From the NCBI GenBank assembly GCA_963833985.1, contig CAWIAD010000001.1, positions 1,184,001 through 1,248,000 on the forward strand: DNA of 64,000 nucleotides, in the 5' to 3' direction. The first letter of the stretch is position 1. Every line of letters starts with the position of its first letter. The position numbers were made by a program, and so were the translations under genes. Source of the DNA: an uncultured Planctomycetaceae bacterium (GTDB lineage: Bacteria; Planctomycetota; Planctomycetia; Isosphaerales; Isosphaeraceae). This document shows positions 10,561-20,920 of this stretch, piece after piece. The notes beneath the pieces are model-generated. The model made no database searches and was not told the origin of the DNA. It was given only the letters and a program-made list of their open reading frames with translations.

Positions 10561-12138
10561 ATGCTCCTCGTGGCGGTCCTGCTCCCCGTCGCCGCGGCCT
10601 GCGTGCAACGGGCCCTATTCGGCCTGCCGCAGGTGCCCGTCGGTCCCGAGGTGGCTCCCGAGGCCGCCACGCCCCACGGCTTCCCGGCGTGGCTCCGGAT
10701 CACCCATTACGTCAACTTCCTGTTCCTCATCCTGCTCGTCCGCAGCGGCCTGCAGATCCTCATGGACCACCCTCGGCTGTACTGGAACGTCCACTGCACG
10801 CCCGACACCGAGTGGCTGCGGCTGACGCCGATCGACGTGCCGAAGGACCGCGTGTGGACGGCCAACGACGACAACCGCTACCTCTCTCCCTGGATCGGCC
10901 TGCCCGGCTACCGGTTCACCGTCGGCATGGCCCGGCACTGGCACTTCCTGAGCGTGCTGTTCTGGGTGGGCAACGGCTGTGTCTTCGTAGCCCTGCTCTT
11001 CGGGACTACGCAATGGAGGCGGCTGGTGCCGACCTCCTGGTCGATCGTGCCTGATGCCTGGGCCGTCTTCGTCCATTACGCCACGTTCCACCTGCCGCCC
11101 GAGCCGAACGGGTGCTACCGCTACAACGCTCTCCAGCAGTTGTCCTACTTCGCGGTGGTTTTCCTCCTGGCCCCCCTGGCGATTCTGACCGGGCCCTCTA
11201 TGTCGCCGGCCCTGACCAGTCGATTCGCGTGGTATCCGAAGCTGCCCGGCAACCGCCAGATCGGCCGGTCACTCCACTTCCTCATCATGTGCGCCTTCGT
11301 CGCCTTCCTCATCGGCCATGTGACCATGGTGGTCCTTACCGGGCTCATGCGGAACATGAACCATATCGTTCTCGGCACGGACGATACCGGCCCGCTCGGG
11401 CTGTACCTGGGCCTGGTGGGCCTCGGCGTGGTCCTGGCGCTCAACGCGCTGGCCAACGGAATGTCGTGGTGGTATCCCCGGACCGTCCAGCATCTCGCTC
11501 GGGCGATCGTCACGCCCGTCATGGAGCTCCTGCTCGATCGCGCCGTTCCGGTCGCGGAGTTCCGCCGTGAGGACATCTCGCCCTACTTCTGGCCGAACGG
11601 CAAGCTGCCCACCAGCGACGAATGGAAGACCCTCGCCGCCGATGACTTCAGGGACTACCGCCTCAAGGTCTCCGGCCTGGTGGAGAACCCGGTCGAACTG
11701 TCGCTGGACGAGATCCGCGCGATCGGCAAGAAGACCCAGATCACGCTGCATCACTGCATTCAGGGCTGGTCGGGCATCGCCGAGTGGGGCGGGCTTCCCA
11801 TGGCGGAGTTGATCAAGCTGGTCCGGCCGAAGCCGGAGGCGGGGGTGGCCGCGTTCTACTCGTTCGGCGAAGGCAAGGATGGGGGCCAGTACTACGACTG
11901 CCACTCGCTGGAGAACCTCATGCACCGCCAGACGTTGCTGGCCTACGAGATGAACGGCGAGCCGCTCAAGACGCTGCACGGGGCGCCCCTGCGGCTGCGG
12001 GTCGAGAACCAGCTCGGCTTCAAGATGGTCAAGTGGATCCGGGATATCGAGTTCTGCGAGAGCCACAAGGCTTTCGGCGAGGGGGAGGGCGGCCACCACG
12101 AGGACCATGAGTTCTTCGGCGAGCTGGCCAATATCTGA
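10561..12138 (+). CDS. Membrane cytochrome b domain fused to a molybdopterin-dependent (sulfite oxidase family) oxidoreductase
   Basis: TM helices with His residues (THYVN, RHWHF, SLHF); HCIQGWSG; LAYEMNGEPL; HGAPLRL; GFKMVKWI; start uncertain. Confidence 0.85.
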   Translation: MLLVAVLLPVAAACVQRALFGLPQVPVGPEVAPEAATPHGFPAWLRITHYVNFLFLILLVRSGLQILMDHPRLYWNVHCTPDTEWLRLTPIDVPKDRVWTANDDNRYLSPWIGLPGYRFTVGMARHWHFLSVLFWVGNGCVFVALLFGTTQWRRLVPTSWSIVPDAWAVFVHYATFHLPPEPNGCYRYNALQQLSYFAVVFLLAPLAILTGPSMSPALTSRFAWYPKLPGNRQIGRSLHFLIMCAFVAFLIGHVTMVVLTGLMRNMNHIVLGTDDTGPLGLYLGLVGLGVVLALNALANGMSWWYPRTVQHLARAIVTPVMELLLDRAVPVAEFRREDISPYFWPNGKLPTSDEWKTLAADDFRDYRLKVSGLVENPVELSLDEIRAIGKKTQITLHHCIQGWSGIAEWGGLPMAELIKLVRPKPEAGVAAFYSFGEGKDGGQYYDCHSLENLMHRQTLLAYEMNGEPLKTLHGAPLRLRVENQLGFKMVKWIRDIEFCESHKAFGEGEGGHHEDHEFFGELANI

Positions 12139-12184
12139 CTCGGCGCGTCAGTAGGCCCCCGGTCGGACGGGAGGCCCCCTCGCA

Positions 12185-12327
12185 GATCAAGGAGCACTTT
12201 GAGGTCTCCACCCTTCCCCCAGACGCCATGCGGGAGATTAGCGAAGGGATCAAGTCGCGGATCCGGTTTAATGCTGTTGTAGACACCGGCGTTCCCGGGT
12301 TCATTCCGAGAGGAAAGGGAGGTTGAG
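12185..12327 (+). repeat. 143-bp direct repeat, copy 2 (orphan AKR 3' fragment)
   Basis: Encodes IKEHFEVSTLPPDAMREISEGIKSRIRFNAVVDTGVPGFIPRGKGG*. Confidence 0.9.
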
Positions 12328-12424
12328 ACGGGGTGGCTGTCAGGGAGTTGTCGCGCCTCAAGGATACCCGCATTGAGGGGGCGCGTGGCCTCCAACATGG
12401 ATTCTTTCGGCGGGAGGAGTCACC

Positions 12425-13075
12425 ATGTACGACCTTGAGCAGGTGATCCGAGAGCGCCATTCGACGCGGCTGTTTTTGCCACGGCCAGTGCCGCGGGCAT
12501 TGGTCGATGAGGCTCTCGTCCTGGCCCAGCACGCGCCGTCGAACTCCGACATCCAGCCCTGGCACATGGTGTTCGCATCCGGGCCGCCTCGCGACCGGCT
12601 CGTCAAGGCCCTTCTCGAGGAGGCCCAGCGTCGGCCACCCAACATTCCGCCCCTGCCCGAGGCGTTTCGGCACTATCGCCGCGAGCTGGGCGCCCAAGTC
12701 TACGGGGCGATGGGAATCGCCCGCGAGGACAAGGCGGGCCATGACGCCGCTGTCTTGCGCAACTGGGAATTCTTCCGCGCACCGCTTGCCGGCATCGTCT
12801 GCATGCACAGGGACCTCGGCCTGGCGGACGCCCTGGGTGTGGGGATGTACCTGCAGACGTTGCTGCTGGCCTTGACTGCACGAGGCCTGGGCACTTGCGT
12901 CGAGGTCTCGATCGCAGGGTATCCCGAGATCGTCCGCGCGCAGTTGTCGATCCCGGCGGAACTATCGATCCTGTGTGGCCTGGCAGTCGGCTACCCCGAC
13001 CCCGACTTCCCCGCCAATAAGCTGCACATCGGCCGCGAGGCCATCGAGAAGAACGTGGTGTTCCTCGACAACTGA
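12425..13075 (+). CDS. Nitroreductase family protein
   Basis: RHSTRLF, APSNSDIQPW, ARGLGTC, GLAVGYPD; GGAG RBS. Confidence 0.9.
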   Translation: MYDLEQVIRERHSTRLFLPRPVPRALVDEALVLAQHAPSNSDIQPWHMVFASGPPRDRLVKALLEEAQRRPPNIPPLPEAFRHYRRELGAQVYGAMGIAREDKAGHDAAVLRNWEFFRAPLAGIVCMHRDLGLADALGVGMYLQTLLLALTARGLGTCVEVSIAGYPEIVRAQLSIPAELSILCGLAVGYPDPDFPANKLHIGREAIEKNVVFLDN

Positions 13076-13216
13076 TCCGGAGGAGAACTCGGACAGGCAT
13101 TCTTCATCGTATGTGCGGAGGTGTATCACGACCATGAATTCCATCAATCCGGGTGTGTCACTCCGACCGGAGGTCCCTTCCTGACGGGTTGCCACTGACC
13201 TCCCATGATCGGACCC

Positions 13217-15136
13217 TCACGCGGGGTGCGGATCGAAGCCCAGCCCGATCAGGCGCATCCGCGTCTCATCCTCGCAGAGCAGTTTCCGGAACGCGGCGAC
13301 CGCCGGCAGCTCCCAGCGGTCGGCCGGGACCGCGAAATCGTACCGCTCCGTCCGCAGTGGCTGGAACTCCAGGCCGTACAGCCTGGCCACCGGCTCGATG
13401 GCCACGCCCCAGTCGGCGCACTCCTGGCTCACGGCCGCGGCGACGGCATTGTGCGACCGTACCTCGACCGCCCAACCCGCCGGCCGGCGTCCGCGCAGCA
13501 AGCCATCCAGCAGGACCCGAGTTCCGGAGCCTCGGTTCCGGTTCACCATCAGGCAGGAGGGAAGCGAGCATGCCAGGTCCACGGCCTCGGCCACGGAGCG
13601 CCCGGCGAATCGATCGTCCTGGTGGCGGAAGACCAGCCCCTGCATCCGCCCGTATCCCGGAAGCAGGCGCACGCCGTCGGGCAGGAATGGGACGTTATAT
13701 GTGTCGGTTTCCGGGTCCAGCAGGTGCACGCCGGCCAGGTGGCATTCGCCTCGTGCGGCCGCGTCGAGCCCTCCCTGCGAGCCAACCCAGAGCGTCTTGG
13801 AACGAAAATGGCGCCGGGCCATCTCACCCAGCAGGTAGTCCAGTCCGACGCAGTGCGAGCCGATCACGATGAGGCTCGCGGGCTCCACGTCGCGCCCCAG
13901 CGGCGTGACCTGCACCCGCTCACCGGCATCCACGAACTCCTGCCGGCGGGGAATGACAATGAAGCCGTCGGCCCGGCTGAAAGTCGTGACCGAGCCCGAT
14001 CCCTTGCCCATGGGATACGCACTCAATCCGTCGCCCAGCGGAACAAGACTCACCAGCAGATACTCCGTGCGGCCCCGCTCGCTGTTGCAACGCACGGCCA
14101 TGGTGGCGTCAATGGCCGCCCGTGCTGAGCCTCCGCGGCCGGCAAGCTGGCGGAGCACCGGAGCGACGAACTCGTGAAACGTGAAGATCGCCGAGGTGGG
14201 AAAGCCCGGCAGGATCGCAACGGGAGTGCTTCCCACGGCACCCAGGCAGACGGGCTTGCCGGGCTTGAGGGCCACCCCGTGCACGACGATTCCCGGTGCC
14301 TGCCTGGCGATGACGCGATAGGACAGATCGCCCCCGCCCTTGCTCGTCCCACCGCTGAGGATGACCAGGTCTGCCTGCTCCCGCCCGCGCTCCACGGCAG
14401 CCGCGAGCGCAGGCTCGTCGTCGCCCACGATCCCCAGGGGGATGGGCAGTCCGCCAAGCTCCCGCACGGCGTCGGCCAGCAGCGTGGCGTTCGCGTCATA
14501 CACGGCCGCGGGCCTGGCAGGCGAGCCGGGTGCGATTATCTCATCACCCGTCGACACGATCGCCACCCGCGGCTGTCGTACGACGCTCACACGGCAGCAT
14601 CCAATGGCGGCGAGCAGCCCGGTCTCGCGCGCCGTCAGGCTGGTCCCGCGCCGCAGTACGGTCTCGCCGCGCGCCACGTCCGAACCCGCGAAGCTGAGAT
14701 GCGCGCCCGGGGCCGCGGGGCGGGTGACGGCCAGGATGTCGCCCTCGATGCGGGCATGTTCGACCATGAGCACCGCGTTGGCCCCGCGCGGCAGCATGCC
14801 TCCGGTCGCAATGGGCATCGCCGTGCCCGACTCCACTGGATGGGTCGGCACAACCCCCGCGGGCACTTCCTCGCGGGTCAGCCGCAGCCGAATGACCGCG
14901 TCCTCCGAGGCCCCGAAGGTCTCCTCGGCGCAGAGCGCATAGCCATCGACGTTCGAGCGGTCGAAGGCCGGCACGTCCACCTCGGAGGCCAGGTCCGCGG
15001 CCAGCACCCTGCCCAGTGCCGCGGACAAGGGGACCTGCTCGGAACCAAGCGGTTCGGGGCCGATGGCATCCCACCAGCGCCGTTCCGCCGTGTCCCGGTC
15101 CACCACCTCCAGAAACTGCTGCTGCTCGCGTGCCAT
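13217..15136 (-). CDS. moeA: Molybdopterin molybdotransferase MoeA fused to a C-terminal periplasmic-binding-type (LysR substrate-binding) domain
   Basis: FDRSNVDGYA, STGDE, SGGTSKG, LKPGKP, LPGFP; C-terminal GSHC...NRNRGSGTR. Confidence 0.88.
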   Translation of the reverse strand: MAREQQQFLEVVDRDTAERRWWDAIGPEPLGSEQVPLSAALGRVLAADLASEVDVPAFDRSNVDGYALCAEETFGASEDAVIRLRLTREEVPAGVVPTHPVESGTAMPIATGGMLPRGANAVLMVEHARIEGDILAVTRPAAPGAHLSFAGSDVARGETVLRRGTSLTARETGLLAAIGCCRVSVVRQPRVAIVSTGDEIIAPGSPARPAAVYDANATLLADAVRELGGLPIPLGIVGDDEPALAAAVERGREQADLVILSGGTSKGGGDLSYRVIARQAPGIVVHGVALKPGKPVCLGAVGSTPVAILPGFPTSAIFTFHEFVAPVLRQLAGRGGSARAAIDATMAVRCNSERGRTEYLLVSLVPLGDGLSAYPMGKGSGSVTTFSRADGFIVIPRRQEFVDAGERVQVTPLGRDVEPASLIVIGSHCVGLDYLLGEMARRHFRSKTLWVGSQGGLDAAARGECHLAGVHLLDPETDTYNVPFLPDGVRLLPGYGRMQGLVFRHQDDRFAGRSVAEAVDLACSLPSCLMVNRNRGSGTRVLLDGLLRGRRPAGWAVEVRSHNAVAAAVSQECADWGVAIEPVARLYGLEFQPLRTERYDFAVPADRWELPAVAAFRKLLCEDETRMRLIGLGFDPHPA

Positions 15137-15258
15137 CACCGACACCCCGCTCCCGGCCCTCGGCATTCATGTCACCGCAGACCACTCTAAATAGATCCTC
15201 GCCTCTTGGAATGTGGGCCAGTCGCCCTCGGCTGGCTCGCTTTCCTTCGTACGGGGAG

Positions 15259-16503
15259 CTATTGGGAATCATACCGCCAGACTGTCACGCTGGCTCCGGC
15301 GGCGTAACCTTCCAGGTCGGCGGGGACGAGCACGAACCCATCGGCGCGGGTGGTGCTGGAGAGGATCGAAGCACCGCCGATCGCCAGGGGCTCGGCCTGG
15401 CCGTCCACCAGACGTACCCGGGCGTAATCGACGCGTCCCAGCTCCGACGAGAGCTTGTGGCGAAGCGGCAGCGTGACGGCGTGATACGGCCAGTCCGCGG
15501 GCCGCCCGCCCAGGCGGCGGATCATTCGGCCCGCGAACAGGTCATAGGCGCACAGGCAGCTCACCGGATTGCCCGGCAGCAGGACGACCGGGACGCCCCG
15601 CACGAATCCCAGGCCGGTCGGACTGGCGGGCCGCAGCGCCACGCCGTGCACCTCCAGGCTGCCCAGCCGCGCGACGATTCCCGGGGCATGGTCCTCGGGA
15701 CCCGTCGAGCTGCCACCGGAGACGAGCACCACGTCGGAGCACCCGGCGGACTCGGCCAGTGCCGCCTCGATGAGCTCGACGCTGTCTGTGAGGGGACCGA
15801 CCACGCGCGGCAGGCCGCCGTCGCGGCAGGCGAGGGCCGCGAGCATCACGGAATTCATGTCGGCGATCCGATCGTCCCGGGGCGGTGTCCCCGGCGGCAG
15901 CAGCTCATCGCCGGTGACGACGATGGTCACGATCGGCCGACTGACGACCGGAATCGATGACTTCCCCAGTGCGCTCAGCAGCCCCAGGTCCTGGGGACGC
16001 AGGACCCTGCCGGCGGTGAGCACAGGTGCTCCTTCGGACAGGTCCTCCCCTTTACGGCTCACGTGCCGGGCCGGCGGGATGGGCTCGACAACCCGGATCT
16101 CGCCCCCTTGCCGGCGCGTGACCTCCACGGGCACGACCGCATCGGCGCCGGGGGGCATCGGAGCCCCGGTGGCGATCTCCACGGCCTGGCCCGGCCCGAC
16201 GTTTCCCGCAAACCGCCGGCCGGGCCGGGAACGCCCCACGACCTGGAAGAGCGCCGGCGTGTAGCCATCGGCGCCGAAGGTTTCCTCACCGCGGACCGCA
16301 TAGCCATCCATCGCGGCCCGGTCGAACGGCGGCACCGCCGAGCACGCCCGGATGTCCAAGGCCAGAACGCGACCCGACGCCGCGGCAAGCGGCACCTGCT
16401 CCGTGTCGAGCCCGCTGGTCCGCTCGTCGATCAGCGCCAGGACCTCGTCCACGGAGCTCCGGCTGCGGAAACCTCTCCATCTCGGGTCGTGCTGTTGCTC
16501 CAT
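15259..16503 (-). CDS. moeA: Molybdopterin molybdotransferase MoeA (gephyrin-like)
   Basis: FDRAAMDGYAV, IATGAPMP, TGDEL, SGGSSTG, LPGNPVS. Confidence 0.9.
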   Translation of the reverse strand: MEQQHDPRWRGFRSRSSVDEVLALIDERTSGLDTEQVPLAAASGRVLALDIRACSAVPPFDRAAMDGYAVRGEETFGADGYTPALFQVVGRSRPGRRFAGNVGPGQAVEIATGAPMPPGADAVVPVEVTRRQGGEIRVVEPIPPARHVSRKGEDLSEGAPVLTAGRVLRPQDLGLLSALGKSSIPVVSRPIVTIVVTGDELLPPGTPPRDDRIADMNSVMLAALACRDGGLPRVVGPLTDSVELIEAALAESAGCSDVVLVSGGSSTGPEDHAPGIVARLGSLEVHGVALRPASPTGLGFVRGVPVVLLPGNPVSCLCAYDLFAGRMIRRLGGRPADWPYHAVTLPLRHKLSSELGRVDYARVRLVDGQAEPLAIGGASILSSTTRADGFVLVPADLEGYAAGASVTVWRYDSQ

Positions 16504-16774
16504 CGGCAATCCCACCCGTTCGTCGCACCCGGTGCGCGCCCGGCGCCGCAGAGCGCAAGGCTCGATCGTCTGTCATTCTAAAGGACATTCTCGGCCGGCA
16601 AGTGCCCTTTTCCCGACCCAGTGCTTGCAATCGTGATGAACAGGAGTCACGTTGGACATCGTCTGACCCGCCGCGCTGCTTAGAATGTCCGGCGGGCACT
16701 ACCGGCGTGCTGCACGGGATCGACGATCGAGGAAGCTTCGCCTCGGAAAACCGAGGCCAGACAGCGAGGGTGCC

Positions 16775-17833
16775 ATGCGTGGCGACACGCCGATCGCGCG
16801 TCAGTGGAAGCTGCTCAGGATGCTTGGCTGTCGGCGTCTCGGCTTGACCATACAAGAGATGAGCACAGAAACGGGAGTCGGGATCAAGACCATCCGGCGC
16901 GATCTGGACTTTTTCCGCGGCCTTGGCTTCCCCTTGACGGAGCACGTGTGCGAACGGGGCCTCAAGCGGTGGCGACTGGCGGGTGCGCACGTGGAACCGC
17001 CCCTGGCATTCAGGCTCGACGAGGCGATTGCCCTCTACCTGGGCCGGCACCTCATGGACCCGCTGGCAGGAACGCCTTTGTGGGACGCCGCGCAGAGTTC
17101 CTTCCGCAAGATCAAGGCGACGCTCGGCGAAAAGGCCCTCGAGTACATCGAGTCCTTTCGCGGCTTTTACCACCAGACGTCCGTCGGCACCAGCTCCTAC
17201 GCCGCCAAGGCCGAGGTGATCGACGCGATCATGGTCGCACTGGAGGACCGGAAGGCAGTACACATTGCCTACCAGTCCCTCAGGGCCACGGAGCCGGCGA
17301 CCCGAGACATCTATCCCTATGGTTTCATCTACCACCGCGGTAGCCTCTACCTGGCGGCCTTCGCACCCGAGCACGACCGGGTCAAGACCTACAAGGTCGA
17401 TCGCGTCGAGAGCGTCGAGGTCAGCAACCGGCGCTTCGAGCGACCCGCGGACTTCGACCTCGACCGGTTTCTCTCAGGCTCGTTCGGGGTCTTCGAGGGC
17501 GAGGGCGATCTCCTGACGGTGTGCGTCCGCTTTGCGCCGTGCGTGTCGCGGTACGTCAGGGAAGCGCACTGGCACTCCAGCCAGGAGCTCACCCCTCAAA
17601 CCGATGGCAGCCTGCTCGCCCGGTTCCACCTCAACAGCCTCGAGGAATTCAGGGCCTGGATCCTCGGCTTCGGCTCGAACGCTCTCGTGTTGCAGCCGAC
17701 CTCCCTGCGCACCGAGATAGCGGCGGAGGTCGGGCTCATGCTCCGTATGTACGGGCAGGAAGTTGGTGCTGGAGATGACATGAAAGCGTTCGATGATGGG
17801 AATCAGGTCAGGTCTGTGCCAGCGGACAAATGA
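16775..17833 (+). CDS. HTH-WYL-WCX transcriptional regulator directly upstream of the cas genes
   Basis: N-terminal HTH (KTIRRDL); YPYGFIYHRGSLYL; YKVDRV; WILGFGSNALVLQP. Confidence 0.9.
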   Translation: MRGDTPIARQWKLLRMLGCRRLGLTIQEMSTETGVGIKTIRRDLDFFRGLGFPLTEHVCERGLKRWRLAGAHVEPPLAFRLDEAIALYLGRHLMDPLAGTPLWDAAQSSFRKIKATLGEKALEYIESFRGFYHQTSVGTSSYAAKAEVIDAIMVALEDRKAVHIAYQSLRATEPATRDIYPYGFIYHRGSLYLAAFAPEHDRVKTYKVDRVESVEVSNRRFERPADFDLDRFLSGSFGVFEGEGDLLTVCVRFAPCVSRYVREAHWHSSQELTPQTDGSLLARFHLNSLEEFRAWILGFGSNALVLQPTSLRTEIAAEVGLMLRMYGQEVGAGDDMKAFDDGNQVRSVPADK

Positions 17834-17897
17834 GGACGATCGATCCTCAGCGTCATTGCCTTGCGCGAAAGCAGTGCGATCCCGAGGGAGTCATTCC

Positions 17898-18524
17898 ATG
17901 CCAGTCGTTGACCTTGCCTTCGAGCTTGCAGGCAACTCGCTGCCCGTGGACCACGGTTATGAGCTTTTCTCCGCCATTTGCCGCGTCGTCCCGCGTCTGC
18001 ACGGCGACCGGCACATCGGCGTGCATGCCATTCGTGGTCAGGCGGCGAGCGCGGGAACAATCTTGCTCGGAGGCCGCTCGCGCTTGCGGGTGCGCTTGCC
18101 CTCGGAGGAGATCGCGGCTTACCTGGCGCTGGCCGGTTCGGCTCTCGACGTGAACGGCCATCGGCTCCGCGTCGGCATCCCGCACGTCGAGTCACTGATC
18201 CCTACCGCGAACCTGTCCGCACGCATCGTGACCTTCAAGGCCATGGTCGAGCCCGACCCGTTCCTGGCCTGTGTGCGCCGCCATCTGACCGCGCTCGGCG
18301 TTTCCGGCGACCCTCAGCTCGTCCCCTCGACGCGGGAACCCTGGACCGGCCGCCCTTTCCGCCGCGTCCTCCGCGTCAAGGGCCGAGCCATCGTCGGCTA
18401 TGCCCTGCGAGTCCTCGCCTTGACGGCGGAGGAGTCGGTCCTGATCCAGGAGCGCGGTCTCGGGGGGCGAAGGCGATTTGGATGCGGCGTCTTCCTGCCA
18501 TTGAAGGAGGTGAACCCTCGATGA
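17898..18524 (+). CDS. cas6: Cas6 (Cmx6, Myxan type), copy A
   Basis: VDLAF...PVDHGYELFSA; C-terminal glycine loop GLGGRRRFGCGVF. Confidence 0.92.
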   Translation: MPVVDLAFELAGNSLPVDHGYELFSAICRVVPRLHGDRHIGVHAIRGQAASAGTILLGGRSRLRVRLPSEEIAAYLALAGSALDVNGHRLRVGIPHVESLIPTANLSARIVTFKAMVEPDPFLACVRRHLTALGVSGDPQLVPSTREPWTGRPFRRVLRVKGRAIVGYALRVLALTAEESVLIQERGLGGRRRFGCGVFLPLKEVNPR

Positions 18525-20920
18525 ACACAGACATTTTGTGGGCCAAGAGCAAGCAGCACGAGGAGCAATACCACCCGTCCATGTCGCTCTCCGGTCACCT
18601 GTCGGATGTCCTTGAGGCGGCGATCCGGATCATAGACTCCACCGGTGACGAGCAGCTTCGGGCACTTGGTCTGGACCCGGAGCGGTACGGAGATCGACTG
18701 AGGCGATGCGTGCGGTTGGCCGCGGCCCTCCACGATATCGGCAAGGCAAACGACCATTTTCAGGGAATGATTCGCGGCAAGCGCGATGTGCGTCAGAACC
18801 CGCAGGGCGTACGGCACGAATGGGTGTCGGTTCTGATGCTACGGACACTCAGGGACTGGCTTCTACCGGTATTCGATAAGGCCGAATGCGACTTCGACAT
18901 CGTGGAATGGGCCGTATCCGCACACCACCCAGCTCGCGATCACCAAAGCCCTCCCCCCTCGTGTCCGCCAGGGGCGGGTCCGGAGATAACGCTCCTCACA
19001 GGTCATGACGAGATCCAAGGAATTCTCGACTGGGTTCAAGAAACATTCGAGATTGCCGCCCTCCAACCGAAGCACGGCTCCGAGAAGCGACCACTCGTTG
19101 GCCCGGAAAACGCGTTCACGGAGCTTGCGATTTGGGCGAAGTCGGCTCGCCGCACCTGGAATCGAATGCGTGGCGATAAAGAGGCCTCGCGGTTCGTCGC
19201 CGCGGTCAAGGCCTGTCTGATCGCCGCCGACGTGGCGGGCTCGGTGCTGCCGAGGTCCGGGGTGGACGGATCGACGGATTGGAATTGGATTGCAAGGGCC
19301 TTATCGAACCTGCCGAAATCGGGCGACGTCCAGAAGATCGCCGATCATCGCCTGGACGGCAAACCACCCCGCGAATTCCAGCAAGCGGTCGGGGCTTCTC
19401 ACTGGCCGGTCACTTACGTCAAGGCGGGTTGCGGGACCGGCAAGACCGTGGCCGCATACCTCTGGGCCGCTGTCAACCACCCGACACGCCGGCTCTTCTT
19501 CTGCTATCCCACGACGGGCACGGCCACGGAGGGGTTCAAGGATTACCTGTTCGAGCCGGACGGAGAGCTGGGAGATCTCGGCGCCAGGCTGTTCCACAGC
19601 CGGCGGGACGTGGACTTCGACATCATCCTCGGCACGGGTGCAGACTCGCCGCATGCCGAGGCTGACTCGGCCGCGCGGCTGGAAGCGCTGGAAGCCTGGT
19701 CCACACCCATCGTCGCCTGTACGGTCGATACTGTCCTTGGGCTGGTTCAGAATAACAGGCGCGGTCTCTTTGCCTGGCCCGCTCTCGCCCAGTCGGCCTT
19801 CGTCTTCGACGAGATCCACGCCTACGACGACCGGCTCTTCGGAGCACTGCTCCGGTTCCTTCGAGACCTCCACGGGCTCCCTTGCCTGTTAATGACTGCC
19901 AGCTTGCCGAAGCCGCGCGAGGAGGCGCTCTTTCGGACGATCCGGGATGTCCACGACCTGGACCTGCGGCCGATCGAGGGCCCGCGGGAGCTCCAATTAC
20001 TGCCGCGCTACCATAGGCTGAACGCACCCGGCAATGACCCGCTTCCCCTCGTACAGGCCGAGCTCAGGGCCGGCGGCAAGGTGCTCTGGGTCTGCAACAC
20101 GGTGAGCCGTGTGATGGATGCGGCCGACCGCGCCAGCCAGCTCAATCCGCTCATTTACCATAGCCGGTTTCGCTACGTGGATCGTGTTGAGCGGCACAAG
20201 CGAGTTGTCGAGGCCTTCACTCCCGAACACCATGGCCCCGCGCTCGCGATTTGCAGCCAGGTCGCCGAGATGAGCCTGGATCTGAAGGGTTGCACGCTGC
20301 TCGTCACCGACCTGGCGCCGGTTCCGTCCCTGATCCAGCGGTTGGGAAGGCTGAACCGCCAGGCCGCGCCTGGCAACCCGACCAGGCCATTCGTCGTGGT
20401 GGAGCAAGACGAGAGCTCGCGCGACAGGCACCTTCCTTATGCCGCAGGCGACCTGGACGCGGCCCGGACCTGGCTGGAACGTCTGCCGGAATCGGAGATC
20501 AGCCAGCAGCATCTTGCCGATCACTGGGAGCAACTGGCCGAGAAACCGCCAGAACTCGTGCCGAGCGCCTGGCTCGATGGCGGCCCGTCGACAATTGTCA
20601 CGGATCTGCGCGAACCGTCGCAGGGGATCACGGTGATTCTGGATACCGCGGAGTACCCGGATCACCGTGCGCTCCTGCGTTACGATAACCGGATCCGCGA
20701 GTTGCGTCGCAGGGCGCGCGCCGACCAGCGCAGCCTGAGCCGAGAAGAACGGAAGCCACTCCCGGGGGAGCAGGATCGCCTGGCAGCCGTGACGCTGCCA
20801 ATGCCTCCACCTCACGCTCACATCAGGTGGCGCGAGTGGACGCGCTACAAGAGCATACCGGTCGCGCCAGCCGAAGCCATCCACTATGACCTCGAACGAG
20901 GTGCCCGATGGAACGCCTGA
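18521..20920 (+). CDS. cas3: Cas3 HD nuclease-helicase
   Basis: LHDIGKAN; AGCGTGKT; DEIHAYD; MTAS; HSRF; QRLGRLNR; ATGA overlap with cas6. Confidence 0.95.
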   Translation: MNTDILWAKSKQHEEQYHPSMSLSGHLSDVLEAAIRIIDSTGDEQLRALGLDPERYGDRLRRCVRLAAALHDIGKANDHFQGMIRGKRDVRQNPQGVRHEWVSVLMLRTLRDWLLPVFDKAECDFDIVEWAVSAHHPARDHQSPPPSCPPGAGPEITLLTGHDEIQGILDWVQETFEIAALQPKHGSEKRPLVGPENAFTELAIWAKSARRTWNRMRGDKEASRFVAAVKACLIAADVAGSVLPRSGVDGSTDWNWIARALSNLPKSGDVQKIADHRLDGKPPREFQQAVGASHWPVTYVKAGCGTGKTVAAYLWAAVNHPTRRLFFCYPTTGTATEGFKDYLFEPDGELGDLGARLFHSRRDVDFDIILGTGADSPHAEADSAARLEALEAWSTPIVACTVDTVLGLVQNNRRGLFAWPALAQSAFVFDEIHAYDDRLFGALLRFLRDLHGLPCLLMTASLPKPREEALFRTIRDVHDLDLRPIEGPRELQLLPRYHRLNAPGNDPLPLVQAELRAGGKVLWVCNTVSRVMDAADRASQLNPLIYHSRFRYVDRVERHKRVVEAFTPEHHGPALAICSQVAEMSLDLKGCTLLVTDLAPVPSLIQRLGRLNRQAAPGNPTRPFVVVEQDESSRDRHLPYAAGDLDAARTWLERLPESEISQQHLADHWEQLAEKPPELVPSAWLDGGPSTIVTDLREPSQGITVILDTAEYPDHRALLRYDNRIRELRRRARADQRSLSREERKPLPGEQDRLAAVTLPMPPPHAHIRWREWTRYKSIPVAPAEAIHYDLERGARWNA

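Noticed and set aside
17978..18520. Apparent N-terminal extension making Cas3 980 aa
   Set aside because: It overlaps cas6A in another frame; the real start is ATG 18521 with an AAGGAGG RBS.
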